DNA from: Octopus vulgaris
Taxonomy: Eukaryota
Direction: 5' to 3'
Length of the DNA: 64,000 bases
NCBI GenBank assembly: GCA_951406725.2
Contig: OX597827.1
Span: 48,732,001 to 48,796,000, forward strand
Every line of letters begins with the position of its first letter. The first letter of the stretch is position 1. The notes beneath the pieces are model-generated. The model worked only from the letters and a program-made list of their open reading frames with translations. It did not search any database and was not told the origin of the DNA. Shown piece after piece: positions 13,883-25,710 of this stretch. The position numbers and the translations under genes are program-made.

Positions 13883-14271
13883 AGCCAAACCGGAACAGAT
13901 ATTTTTCACGAGGCATTCTCATTGCTACCTCGTCAATATCTGACCTAAAATTTTCAAATCGTCGCACTCGCGCCAAATTTATCGGCAGCAAATAAATATA
14001 AGCCGCCGATTCCATTACGGAATTAACCAGAAAATTCATAATTAATCAATATAGGGTGGCAAAAAAAAAAAATTTTGTAGAATTCTTTTGCCACCAGCGG
14101 CCTAGTGGGAAAAAATTAAATAGTCATAAACCATTTTTAAGTTCAACATCAACAATCAAGGAACGGCCATAATAGGCCATTCACCCACTAGAAATAACAG
14201 CCAAAAGCTTTAACCGCAAAATAACGTCAATTCCGTAAACCAGGAGAAAATTGAAAAACATTTACCCTGTA

Positions 14272-14378
14272 ATTTCTTAGATGATGCACCGTTTCATCTT
14301 CTGTTTAATGGAAAACTAACCTGATTAAATTAAATCAAGCCAATCTACCATAGGCCCTTAGATTCATCAGTAAGAAAT
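14272..14378 (-). ncRNA. Type I hammerhead ribozyme, array copy 2 (GUC to AUC variant)
   Basis: Same motif, but the substitution at 14282 breaks a stem III C-G pair. Confidence 0.8.
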
Positions 14379-14765
14379 AGCCAAACCGGAACAGATATTT
14401 TTCACGAGGCATTCTCATTGCTACCTCGTCAATATCTGACATAAAATTTTGAAATCGTCGCACTCGCGCCAAATTTATCGGCAGCAAATAAATATAAGCC
14501 GCCGATTCCATTACGGAATTAACCAGAAAATTCATAATTAATCAATATAGGGTGGCAAAAAAAAAATTTTGTAGAATTCTTTTGCCACCAGCGGCCTAGT
14601 GGGAAAAAATTAAATAGTCATAAACCATTTTTAAGTTCAACATCAACAATCAAGGAACGGCCATAATAGGCCATTCACCCACTAGAAATAACAGCCAAAA
14701 GCTTTAACCGCAAAATAACGTCAATTCCGTAAACCAGGAGAAAATTGAAAAACATTTACCCTGTA

Positions 14766-14872
14766 ATTTCTTAGACGATGCACCGTTTCATCTTCTGTTT
14801 AATGGAAAACTAACCTGATTAAATTAAATCAAGCCAATCTACCATAGGCCCTTAGATTCATCAGTAAGAAAT
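14766..14872 (-). ncRNA. Type I hammerhead ribozyme, array copy 3
   Basis: Intact core and stems. Confidence 0.9.
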
Positions 14873-15258
14873 AGCCAAACCGGAACAGATATTTTTCACG
14901 AGGCATTCTCATTGCTACCTCGTCAATATCTGACCTAAAATTTTCAAATCGTCGCACTCGCGCCAAATTTATCGGCAGCAAATAAATATAAGCCGCCGAT
15001 TCCATTACGGAATTAACCAGAAAATTCATAATTAATCAATATAGGGTGGCAAAAAAAAATTTTGTAGAATTCTTTTGCCACCAGCGGCCTAGTGGGAAAA
15101 AATTAAATAGTCATAAACCATTTTTAAGTTCAACATCAACAATCAAGGAACGGCCATAATAGGCCATTCACCCACTAGAAATAACAGCCAAAAGCTTTAA
15201 CCGCAAAATAACGTCAATTCCGTAAACCAGGAGAAAATTGAAAAACATTTACCCTGTA

Positions 15259-15365
15259 ATTTCTTAGACGATGCACCGTTTCATCTTCTGTTTAATGGAA
15301 AACTAACCTGATTAAATTAAATCAAGCCAATCTACCATAGGCCCTTAGATTCATCAGTAAGAAAT
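15259..15365 (-). ncRNA. Type I hammerhead ribozyme, array copy 4
   Basis: Intact core and stems. Confidence 0.9.
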
Positions 15366-15749
15366 AGCCAAACCGGAACAGATATTTTTCACGAGGCATT
15401 CTCATTGCTACCTCGTCAATATCTGACCTAAAATTGTCAAATCGTCGCACTCGCGCCAAAGTTATCGGCAGCAAATAAATATAAGCCGCCGATTCCATTA
15501 CGGAATTAACCAGAAAATTCATAATTAATCAATATAGGGTGGCAAAAAAATTTTGTAGAATTCTTTTGCCACCAGCGGCCTAGTGGGAAAAAATTAAATA
15601 GTCATAAACCATTTTTAAGTTCAACATCAACAATCAAGGAACGGCCATAATAGGCCACTCACCCACTAGAAATAACAGCCAAAAGCTTTAACCGCAAAAT
15701 AACGTCAATTCCGTAAACCAGGAGAAAATTGAAAAACATTTACCCTGTA

Positions 15750-15856
15750 ATTTCTTAGACGATGCACCGTTTCATCTTCTGTTTAATGGAAAACTAACCT
15801 GATTAAATTAAATCAAGCCAATCTACCATAGGCCCTTAGATTCATCAGTAAGAAAT
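15750..15856 (-). ncRNA. Type I hammerhead ribozyme, array copy 5
   Basis: Intact core and stems. Confidence 0.9.
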
Positions 15857-16243
15857 AGCCAAACCGGAACAGATATTTTTCACGAGGGATTCTCATTGCT
15901 ACCTCGTCAATATCTGACCTAAAATTTTCAAATCGTCGCACTCGCGCCAAATTTATCGGCAGCAAATAAATATAAGCCGCCGATTCCATTACGGAATTAA
16001 CCAGAAATTCATAATTAATCAATATAGGGTGGCAAAAAAAAAAATTTTGTAGAATTCTTTTGCCACCAGCGGCCTAGTGGGAAAAAATTAAATAGTCATA
16101 AACCATTTTTAAGTTCAACATCAACAATCAAGGAACGGCCATAATAGGCCATTCACCCACTAGAAATAACAGCCAAAAGCTTTAACCGCAAAATAACGTC
16201 AATTCCGTAAACCAGGAGAAAATTGAAAAACATTTACCCTGTA

Positions 16244-16350
16244 ATTTCTTAGACGATGCACCGTTTCATCTTCTGTTTAATGGAAAACTAACCTGATTAA
16301 ATTAAATCAAGCCAATCTACCATAGGCCCTTAGATTCATCAGTAAGAAAT
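16244..16350 (-). ncRNA. Type I hammerhead ribozyme, array copy 6
   Basis: Intact core and stems. Confidence 0.9.
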
Positions 16351-16734
16351 AGCCAAACCGGAACAGATATTTTTCACCAGGCATTCTCATTGCTACCTCG
16401 TCAATATCTGACCTAAAATTTTCAAATCGTCGCACTCGCGCCAAATTTATCGGCAGCAAATAAATATAAGCCGCCGATTCCATTACGGAATTAACCAGAA
16501 AATTCATAATTAATCAATATAGGGTGGCAAAAAAATTTTGTAGAATTCTTTTGCCACCAGCGGCCTAGTGGGAAAAAATTAAATAGTCATAAACCATTTT
16601 TAAGTTCAACATCAACAATCAAGGAACGGCCATAATAGGCCATTCACCCACTAGAAATAACAGCCAAAAGCTTTAACCGCAAAATAACGTCAATTCCGTA
16701 AACCAGGAGAAAATTGAAAAACATTTACCCTGTA

Positions 16735-16841
16735 ATTTCTTAGACGATGCACCGTTTCATCTTCTGTTTAATGGAAAACTAACCTGATTAAATTAAATCA
16801 AGCCAATCTACCATAGGCCCTTAGATTCATCAGTAAGAAAT
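16735..16841 (-). ncRNA. Type I hammerhead ribozyme, array copy 7
   Basis: Intact core and stems. Confidence 0.9.
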
Positions 16842-17227
16842 AGCCAAACCGGAACAGATATTTTTCACGAGGCATTCTCATTGCTACCTCGTCAATATCT
16901 GACCTAAAATTTTCAAATCGTCGCACTCGCGCCAAATTTATCGGCAGCAAATAAATATAAGCCGCCGATTCCATTACGGAATTAACCAGAAAATTCATAA
17001 TTAATCAATATAGGGTGGCAAAAAAAAATTTTGTAGAATTCTTTTGCCACCAGCGGCCTAGTGGGAAAAAATTAAATAGTCATAAACCATTTTTAAGTTC
17101 AACATCAACAATCAAGGAACGGCCATAATAGGCCATTCACCCACTAGAAATAACAGCCAAAAGCTTTAACCGCAAAATAACGTCAATTCCGTAAACCAGG
17201 AGAAAATTGAAAAACATTTACCCTGTA

Positions 17228-17334
17228 ATTTCTTAGACGATGCACCGTTTCATCTTCTGTTTAATGGAAAACTAACCTGATTAAATTAAATCAACCCAAT
17301 CTACCATAGGCCCTTAGATTCATCAGTAAGAAAT
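17228..17334 (-). ncRNA. Type I hammerhead ribozyme, array copy 8
   Basis: Intact core and stems. Confidence 0.9.
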
Positions 17335-18000
17335 AGCCAAACCGGAACAGATATTTTTCACGAGGCATTCTCATTGCTACCTCGTCAATATCTGACATAA
17401 AATTTTCAAATCGTCGCACTCGCGCCAAATTTATCGGCAGCAAATAAATATAAGCCGACGATTCCATTAAGTAATTAACCAGAACATTCATAATTAATCA
17501 ATATAGGGTGCCAAAAAAAATTTTGTAGAATTCTTTTGCCACCAGCGGCCTAGTGGGAAAAAATTAAATAGTCATAAACCATTTTTAAGTTCAACATCAA
17601 CAATCAAGGAACGGCCATAATAGGCCATTCACCCACTAGAAATAACAGCCAAAAGCTTTAACCGCAAAATAACGTCAATTCCGTAAACCAGGAGAAAATT
17701 GAAAAACATTTACCCTGTAATTTCTTAGACGATGCACCGTTTCATCTTCTGTTTAATGGAAAACTAACCTGATTAAATTAAATCAAGCCAATCTACCATA
17801 GGCCCTACAAAATTTTTTTTTTGCCACCCTATATTGATTAATTATGAATTTTCTGGTTAATTCCGTAATGGAATCGGCGGCTTATATTTATTTGCTGCCG
17901 ATAAATTTGGCGCGAGTGCGACGATTTGAAAATTTTAGGTCAGATATTGACGAGGTAGCAATGAGAATGCCTGGTGAAAAATATCTGTTCCGGTTTGGCT

Positions 18001-18107
18001 ATTTCTTACTGATGAATCTAAGGGCCTATGGTAGATTGGCTTGATTTAATTTAATCAGGTTAGTTTTCCATTAAACAGAAGATGAAACGGTGCATCGTCT
18101 AAGAAAT
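18001..18107 (+). ncRNA. Type I hammerhead ribozyme, array copy 9
   Basis: Stem I 18001-08/18100-07, CTGATGA 18009-15, stem II ATCT/AGAT, GAAA 18084-87, predicted cleavage after GUC at 18099. Confidence 0.92.
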
Positions 18108-18492
18108 TACAGGGTAAATGTTTTTCAATTTTCTCCTGGTTTACGGAATTGACGTTATTTTGCGGTTAAAGCTTTTGGCTGTTATTTCTAGTGGGTGAAT
18201 GGCCTATTATGGCCGTTCCTTGATTGTTGATGTTGAACTTAAAAATGGTTTATGACTATTTAATTTTTTCCCACTAGGCCGCTGGTGGCAAAAGAATTCT
18301 ATAAAATTTTTTTTGCCACCCTATATTGATTAATTATGAATTTTCTGGTTAATTCCGTAATGGAATCGGCGGCTTATATTTATTTGCTGCCGATAAATTT
18401 GGCGCGAGTGCGACGATTTGAAAATTTTAGGTTAGATATTGACGAGGTAGCAATGAGAATGCCTCGTGAAAAATATCTGTTCCGGTTTGGCT

Positions 18493-18599
18493 ATTTCTTA
18501 CTGATGAATCTAAGGGCCTATGGTAGATTGGCTTGATTTAATTTAATCAGGTTAGTTTTCCATTAAACAGAAGATGAAACGGTGCATCGTCTAAGAAAT
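18493..18599 (+). ncRNA. Type I hammerhead ribozyme, array copy 10
   Basis: Intact, predicted cleavage after 18591. Confidence 0.92.
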
Positions 18600-18985
18600 T
18601 ACAGGGTAAATGTTTTTCAATTTTCTCCTGGTTTACGGAATTGACGTTATTTTGCGGTTAAAGCTTTTGGCTGTTATTTCTAGTGGGTGAATGGCCTATT
18701 ATGGCCGTTCCTTGATTGTTGATGTTGAACTTAAAAATGGTTTATGACTATTTAATTTTTTCCCACTAGGCCGCTGGTGGCAAAAGAATTCTACAAATTT
18801 TTTTTTTGCCACCCTATATTGATTAATTATGAATTTTCTGGTTAATTCCGTAATGGAATCGGCGGCTTATATTTATTTGCTGCCGATAAATTTGGCGCGA
18901 GTGCGACGATTTGAAAATTTTAGTTCAGATATTGACGAGGTAGCAATGAGAATGCCTCGTGAAAAATATCTGTTCCGGTTTGGCT

Positions 18986-19092
18986 ATTTCTTACTGATGA
19001 ATCTAAGGGCCTATGGTAGATTGGCTTGATTTAATTTAATCAGGTTAGTTTTCCATTAAACAGAAGATGAAACGGTGCATCGTCTAAGAAAT
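18986..19092 (+). ncRNA. Type I hammerhead ribozyme, array copy 11
   Basis: Intact, predicted cleavage after 19084. Confidence 0.92.
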
Positions 19093-19347
19093 TACAGGGT
19101 AAATGTTTTTCAATTTTCTCCTGGTTTACGGAATTGACGTTATTTTGCGGTTAAAGCTTTTGGCTGTTATTTCTAGTGGGTGAATGGCCTATTATGGCCG
19201 TTCCTTGATTGTTGATGTTGAACTTAAAAATGGTTTATGACTATTTAATTTTTTCCCACTAGGCCGCTGGTGGCAAAAGAATTCTACAAATTTTTTTTTT
19301 TTGCCACCCTATATTGATTAAATATATATATATATATATATACATAC

Positions 19348-19378
<31 letters not shown>

Positions 19379-19379
19379 C

Positions 19380-19424
<45 letters not shown>

Positions 19425-19652
19425 AAACAGGCAACAGGTTGCTTGACCGCATACCGAAAAAGTAGAAATAGCAGTCAAGAATGCTCATTTCTATTTTCCA
19501 CAAGTGGGGCTCCACACACGACATACCCTGCAATTCACATTATACTGAACTTTACAGAAGTTCCTACCGTTAATCGGCTATATTTACATACCGAATTCTA
19601 CCAGTAAATTCTACCAGTAAATAATAGAAATTATTTACTCTTATTATTATAT

Positions 19653-19691
<39 letters not shown>

Positions 19692-21863
19692 TGTTTTTCG
19701 TCTGTTATTCTATATGTGTGGTGGGGTTGTGTGCATCGAGTAGTATACCCTGCGGTGTTCTGACACTTCCCGATCTGGAATGAAGTGAGCATTTTTACTT
19801 AATATATTCTTCAGACTAAATAAATAAATTACTGTTCCGATAGTAGGATGCGAATTTGCGGAGTAAGGGCAGAGAACAACAAGTGAGTAGCATTATAACT
19901 CATGAATGTTAATCTATAAATACTCATACGAATACTTTAAGTACTTCTATTTACATTTTCTATTTACAATTTCTGTGGATGACTTTCAGAGAGAATATTT
20001 TTTACAAATTTGTATGAAATATTTTATGCAGATAGGGAGAATTCCCATGTAGTATCCTGTGATGAATTTATGAATCAGATTTGAATCTTCTTAAATGTAA
20101 AAAAACAAAAGGAAAGGATTGTTGTATGGGATATATTGGCGAGTTTTATTTCTGGGTGTTACTTTATATAGAATATGGAGTGGCAGTGTTGTGTGTTATC
20201 TGTAAATCCATATAAAAGATTTCTATCAATGGATATGTGTCGCTTCAGGAATAGGTTAACTGTAGGTCAGCGCATCACATTATGTGCTTGCGTTCTTTTG
20301 GTCTGTGCGTTGCAGCACACATATAAATGCACACGCACAAATACATACACATGCACATACGAATACACAAATTTACCTCATCTCTCTCCCTTTCTTTCCC
20401 TCCCTCTCTTTCCCTGTATATATATGTGTGTGTGTGTGTGTCTGTTTATATATATATATATATATATATATATCCATGAATATATGTGTGTGTATCCGTG
20501 TGCCAGTATGTGTACGTGTGTATACACACGTGCGTGCACATACACACACGCACATATATGTATGTATGCGTATGTGTATATATATCTACATACATATTTA
20601 ATATGCATATGTGCATGTGGGTGTCAACCTTTGTGTTTTTGCATATGCTTCAGTTGGAGATAACAACGTAACCTCTGTAATGAACTACATTTATCGTATA
20701 TTTGACTTGACTTTGAGCGAATACAGCCATTTCCTAAGATTTGTTCCTGTCTTTCTCTTGCATGAATTCCCACACCAACATGTGCTATTTATACGTCAGC
20801 TAAAATCACTTTATCCAAAATTAAAGCTATTTTGGCAAAACTTTTTATACACCATCACTGCAATGCACATTTATATGATCAATTCAATGTCCAGTAACAG
20901 ATCTTTTCATATGAAATGATCAAAAGTCTTTCATATAGTATCAAACTGTATCCCAATATGCGTCATAGAAATCTTGATAACCTCCTTGGTAAATACGTTT
21001 TTTTGCAAACAATTTCACGCATCGAAATTGGAACTACTAATATGATTCCAATACTGTTTTTATTATAGTTCTAGAAGATTAATCCGATGTCAGAAGTAAA
21101 TTGAACATGAAGTATACTAACAATATTGTTCTATAAATCTGTTATATAGTTATTATAATTAGAATTACATAAAAGAACTCTTGTTCATACCGAACTCTAT
21201 AAAGTAATATCAATGAACAATTAATTAACAGTTAGGAGCGAGTTTTAAGGTGTATTACACATTTGATGTAGCTTTATTTGGTGCAGATGTGTTAAAGCTG
21301 GTCTATCCGATTAGTCTGAACATTTGAGAATATAGCGAAATATAGGAAAAGAATAGACATCAACTTTAGAACATTTCACTACTGGTTAGTAGTAACATAG
21401 TCTACTTTTCGTAATTATCAAAAACAAAGAGATTAGAGTTAAAGCTGTTACATTTCTTAGATCCGATTGCAAGCAAGGATAGGTTTATGGTCTGTAATGA
21501 ATAAGATATATCACAAACTAAATTATAAAGAAAAGTTTCTGTTTTAAAATGTAACATTCAGGAAATGATAGAAAATTAAGAAAATTAGTGTGTAAATATA
21601 AGTGGGAAATAAAACTGCTTTAATGCAAGAAAGTATACTAGTCCCTTAATATTTGATATTCGTTATTTCATCTATTCAATAAGACAATCAATACTTCATT
21701 TCATTTTACACTATATATACTATTTATACTATATATTCTATATTCTACATTAATATTATAAACAATATAGATAAAACATAAAAAACAGACAGTTTGAATT
21801 CCTTTGAATAATATATATACGTATTTATATACACGTATATAGATAGATAGATAGATATGTGTG

Positions 21864-21894
<31 letters not shown>

Positions 21895-22356
21895 ATGCAT
21901 GCATATAGGTATATATCTATGTATATGTGTGTATATATCTGTGTGTATTGTCGGGTTATCTTGAGGTAATCAGCAATATCTTATCTAAAGATTTAATGGA
22001 ATAATAGCCAACATACTGAATGTAGTAAGAACAGTAAAATCTGATACGGATGCTGACTTAGTTGCACAACTTAAAAGTACTTATTCAACAAATATCAAGT
22101 TCACATATACAGAAAGAGAAACTGTAGCGGTTTATAAATTTCTATAGGTATTCTAGTTACAGAACTGATTTCATCTGTTCATACAGAAAATATAAAATTA
22201 AAAAACAAATTTTAAAAAATTAAAATAAATAAATAATAAACAAATCATTGGAGAAATGACATCAAATCTACCATGATGCTTTTTAATCAGCAAGTTATTC
22301 ATGGGACTTCTTTCACAAAATGAAAGCGACGTGCACAGGGAGTGTGTAATATAACT

Positions 22357-22622
22357 GGAACTCCATCGGTTACAACGATGAGTGTTCCAGCTGATCCGAT
22401 CAACGGAACAACCTACTCGTGAAGTTAACGTGCAAGTAGCTGAGCCCTACACAAACACGAGCATCCGTCAGGGCAGGTTCATAGAACATCACATGGCTGG
22501 CCCTTTGAATAACAGGTGCAACTCATTATTGCCAGCTGACAGGAGTGAGGCAACGGTAAATGAAGTTCCTTGTTCAACGACACAACGAACTACTGGGAAT
22601 CGAACTCACGACCCCACGCGCC
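22357..22622 (-). mobile_element. Old tRNA-derived SINE relic
   Basis: GGGAATCGAACTCACGACC (B-box, reverse complement), and the head region resembles 35540-35685. Confidence 0.55.
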
Positions 22623-22667
22623 TTCACAACGCATATATTATGGTTTCAAATTTTGGTACGGGACCGG

Positions 22668-22836
22668 CAAGTTCGAGGGATGTGTAAGTCGATTACATCG
22701 ACCCTAGTGTACTTATTTTATCGACCCTAGGTACTTATTTTATCAACACTGAGAAGACGAAAAACAATGTTGTCCTCACCGACATTTGAACTCAGAACAT
22801 AACGATTCTGTGCTAAAGATTCTGGCAGCTTGCCAC
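22668..22836 (-). mobile_element. SINE family C relic (Meta-domain-like)
   Basis: GTCGATTACATCGACCC..GGTACTTATTTTATC..ATTTGAACTCAGAAC is the reverse complement of the 28033 type. Confidence 0.65.
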
Positions 22837-22967
22837 GTTATACAAATCTAAATAAAATAGTAATGGAATGTTGATGGAAGGTACTGGAGACATAAAAACT
22901 TCGGTTACCACGTTTCTTTTACTTACTTTTTAAATTGAAGAATTTTAAAGAGATTTATAAACCATAA

Positions 22968-23130
22968 GGCGTAGGAGTGGCTGTGTGGTAAAGTAGCTTA
23001 CTTACCAACCACATGGTTCCGGGTTCAGTCCCGCTGCGTGGCACCTTTGGCAAGTGTTTTCTACTATAGCCTCGGGCCGACCAAAGCCTTATGAGTGGAT
23101 TTGGTAGACGCAAACTAAAAGGAGCCCGTC

Positions 23131-23225
<95 letters not shown>

Positions 23226-23457
23226 TGTATGTATATGCATGTGTGTGTATATGTTTGTGTGTCTGTGTTTGTCCCCCCAACATCGCTTGACAACCGATGC
23301 TGGCGTGTTTACGTCTCCATAACTTAGCGGTTCGGCAAAAGAGTTAGATAGAATAAGTACTAGGCTTACAAAGAATAAGTCCTGGGGCTCGATTTGACCG
23401 GCTAAAGGCGATGCTCCAGCATGGCCACAGTTAAATGACTGAAACAAGTAAAAGAGT
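22968..23457 (+). mobile_element. SINE family A, full length
   Basis: A-box TGGCTGTGTGG, B-box GGTTCAGTCCC, CORE-like CCTTTGGCAAGTG, internal (TA)n(TG)n, LINE-like 3' tail. Confidence 0.9.
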
Positions 23458-23643
23458 GAAGGGTAAAAGGATTATGATATCGTTCATCTTTATATGTTGA
23501 TTGCTTCAGAAAAAAAATTTCTGTGATTTCAAATTATTTCTAACGCTGACAGCGCCAGGAATGATTTCATTTTGCATTACCGAATATGTCATTGCTGTAA
23601 TATAGACATCTTGACGGAAGAGTGTACCACCTGTTCTTCAAGG

Positions 23644-23851
23644 GCTATTTCAGCAGAAAGAGGCACTTCAAGACAGATACAAACTAATGTCTACTTTGAC
23701 GATATTGTTAATATACTAATTTAGCAGAAAGGAGCCTTACAAGAGCCTCATGAGCTAACAGTCATTTTGGCTACATTCTTGAAATGCTATTTAAGCAGAA
23801 ATCCGTATTTCAAGAGCCATACAAGCTAATGGCTACTTTGGCTACATTCCT
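23644..23851. repeat. Diverged 71-bp tandem repeat, 3 copies
   Basis: Units start at 23644, 23715, 23786 and share cta.tt.agcagaaa..caaga..ctaa..tttg.c.a.att. Confidence 0.7.
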
Positions 23852-25192
23852 ATCTTCACCAACAAAGTGTGAGTCTTCGTTTATAACACTTGCAAGAATT
23901 GGCAATGATCTCTGACCCGATCCAAAATCGAAAAAGGTGAACATCAACTAAGCTTCAATATTTTCGAAAACAACAGAACGAAAGATACTGACATGATGAA
24001 AGTCTTTCACATTTCTTTCAAAGCTTACTCGCTCATATTAACTTGTTAAATTTTATAAATATATGTGTTTAAATTATAACAAATAATAATGATGAATTTT
24101 ACGACTCGCTTACGTGAGATGTTTCTGTTACGGGAGATCATACCATTCATGATCGATGGTGGATATGGGAACCGCGGTATTTTGTACCCATGGCAATTCC
24201 CTTTATTTTGTAAGATTATAGCTATGACTCTAATATACATTGTGCAGTATACTTGATTTATGGTGCTAAGATGTGATCTGAATGAAATTTGTTTGCTATT
24301 TCTTGCAGTTGTGGCCAGCACGTCGATGCTGGGGTTGCTGACAATATTTATATTTACAGATGTAAGTGGATTAGGTACGGAGATACGTTCTATTGTCTGA
24401 CGTTTGTTAGTAACAAACAAGTTTCGCTTTTGTTTATTTGATTTAAATAATTATATTTCTGTATCATTGATTGTGTGTAAACAAAATTTCTTTTTTATCA
24501 TCAAATATCAATAGCAATATCTCTAAATCTTGGATCCATAAATCCCAAGAGGCTTACGGCCTCGTCTGTCTGGTCAGGAATATCAAAATGTTCATTATCA
24601 GCACTTCATCTAACGGATTTTAATTAGGATATTTTTCGTTATTCTACTCGATTAAATTTTGCCGGATATATATTTTGGAAAACGAAAAACAGTTATATAT
24701 TGAACTGATAAACATTATAGTCATTTCAGATAATTTTTACGTGAAATCTAATTAAATAATAACCAGACATGTGCATGCATTGATACCGATATATAAGTGT
24801 ACAAATATAAATTGAGGAATGCCTACCCCACTTCACACACTCACATACACTCATGGACATATTTGTGAACCCAGGAAAAACCAGCTTCCACCAACAATTC
24901 TGCCTATATATCTATGCACACCTTTCAATGCCGTGTATGCCATAAGGTCTGTAGATCTAACAGACATTTTAAGATCCAATAAGATCAGAACTTAACTCCA
25001 GCGCTTAGTGGTCCAAATCGGATATGCAATCTATGTGGATGTCTAATGAATACATTGTCTGGTTTAAAAAGCCACATCAGACACCATAAATGGTCAGACT
25101 CCATAAGGAGTAGACAACCACCACATATGTATACACACATAAATATATATGTGTGTGTGTGTACGCATGTATATACATATAAATATGCATGC

Positions 25193-25255
<63 letters not shown>

Positions 25256-25258
<3 letters not shown>

Positions 25259-25655
25259 TTATATATAAAAGTCAAGTTGTGTGTCTGTCTCCTACGATTT
25301 AGATTCCTAACTACTCCCACATTTTGCGGTGCAGTTTAACCAAAACCGGGTATCTTATAGTCGTGATTCATATCGAGCCCTTCCGGGTATTAGTGCGCGT
25401 CTATGATGAGTCTACGATTTAAAAAAAAAATTACCATCATTTTTTCCATTTTAATGCATTTTTTTCGCTATTATATAAAGGGAAGTAACTCTCTAAAAAT
25501 GTCTACGATGAGTCAACGATTTTTAAAAAAAATTACCATAATTTCTTTTCCATTTTTAATGCATTATTTTTGCTATTTTTGGGCTATAACTCTCTAAAAA
25601 TGCTTATATAGTTATTTCCCTTACAAACCCGAGCAACGCCGGGCGATACTGCTAG
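25256..25655 (+). mobile_element. Non-autonomous Helitron (400 bp)
   Basis: 5' TCTTTATATATAAAAG, subterminal hairpin CCCGAGCAACGCCGGG, 3' CTAG, inserted between A and T with no TSD. Confidence 0.85.
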
Positions 25656-25710
25656 TATATATATACAGAGAGAGAAAATTAAAATAAGCAAGAAGGATAG
25701 CCAGAGGTAA

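Larger units (their letters stand above)
13652..19321. repeat. Hammerhead-containing tandem array (candidate non-LTR retrozyme), 491-496 bp unit, about 11.5 copies, two inverted arms
   Basis: About 8.4 units 13652-17806 (ribozyme on minus) and about 3.1 units 17805-19321 (ribozyme on plus). Units differ by few SNPs and homopolymer length. Flanked by (TA)n on both sides. Confidence 0.95.

Noticed and set aside
13652-14147. Antisense-polarity ribozyme (ambisense, viroid-like replication)
   Set aside because: No CUGANGA core on the opposite strand. Other ribozyme classes were not recognisable by eye.
17844-18044. 66-aa ORF repeated in every array unit (MNFLVNSVMESAAY...)
   Set aside because: Repetition simply follows unit identity. 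One copy is frameshifted, the variants I noted are mostly amino-acid changing, it overlaps RNA helices and the ribozyme, and no domain was recognised. It is on the sense strand, so ribosome profiling could still test it.
13652-19321. CRISPR array or rDNA/snRNA tandem cluster
   Set aside because: No unique spacers, no 5S/U-snRNA/tRNA similarity, and a eukaryotic context.
19690-22250. Possible decayed retroelement coding sequence (e.g. TNIKFTY near 22088)
   Set aside because: Isolated short matches with no continuous frame.
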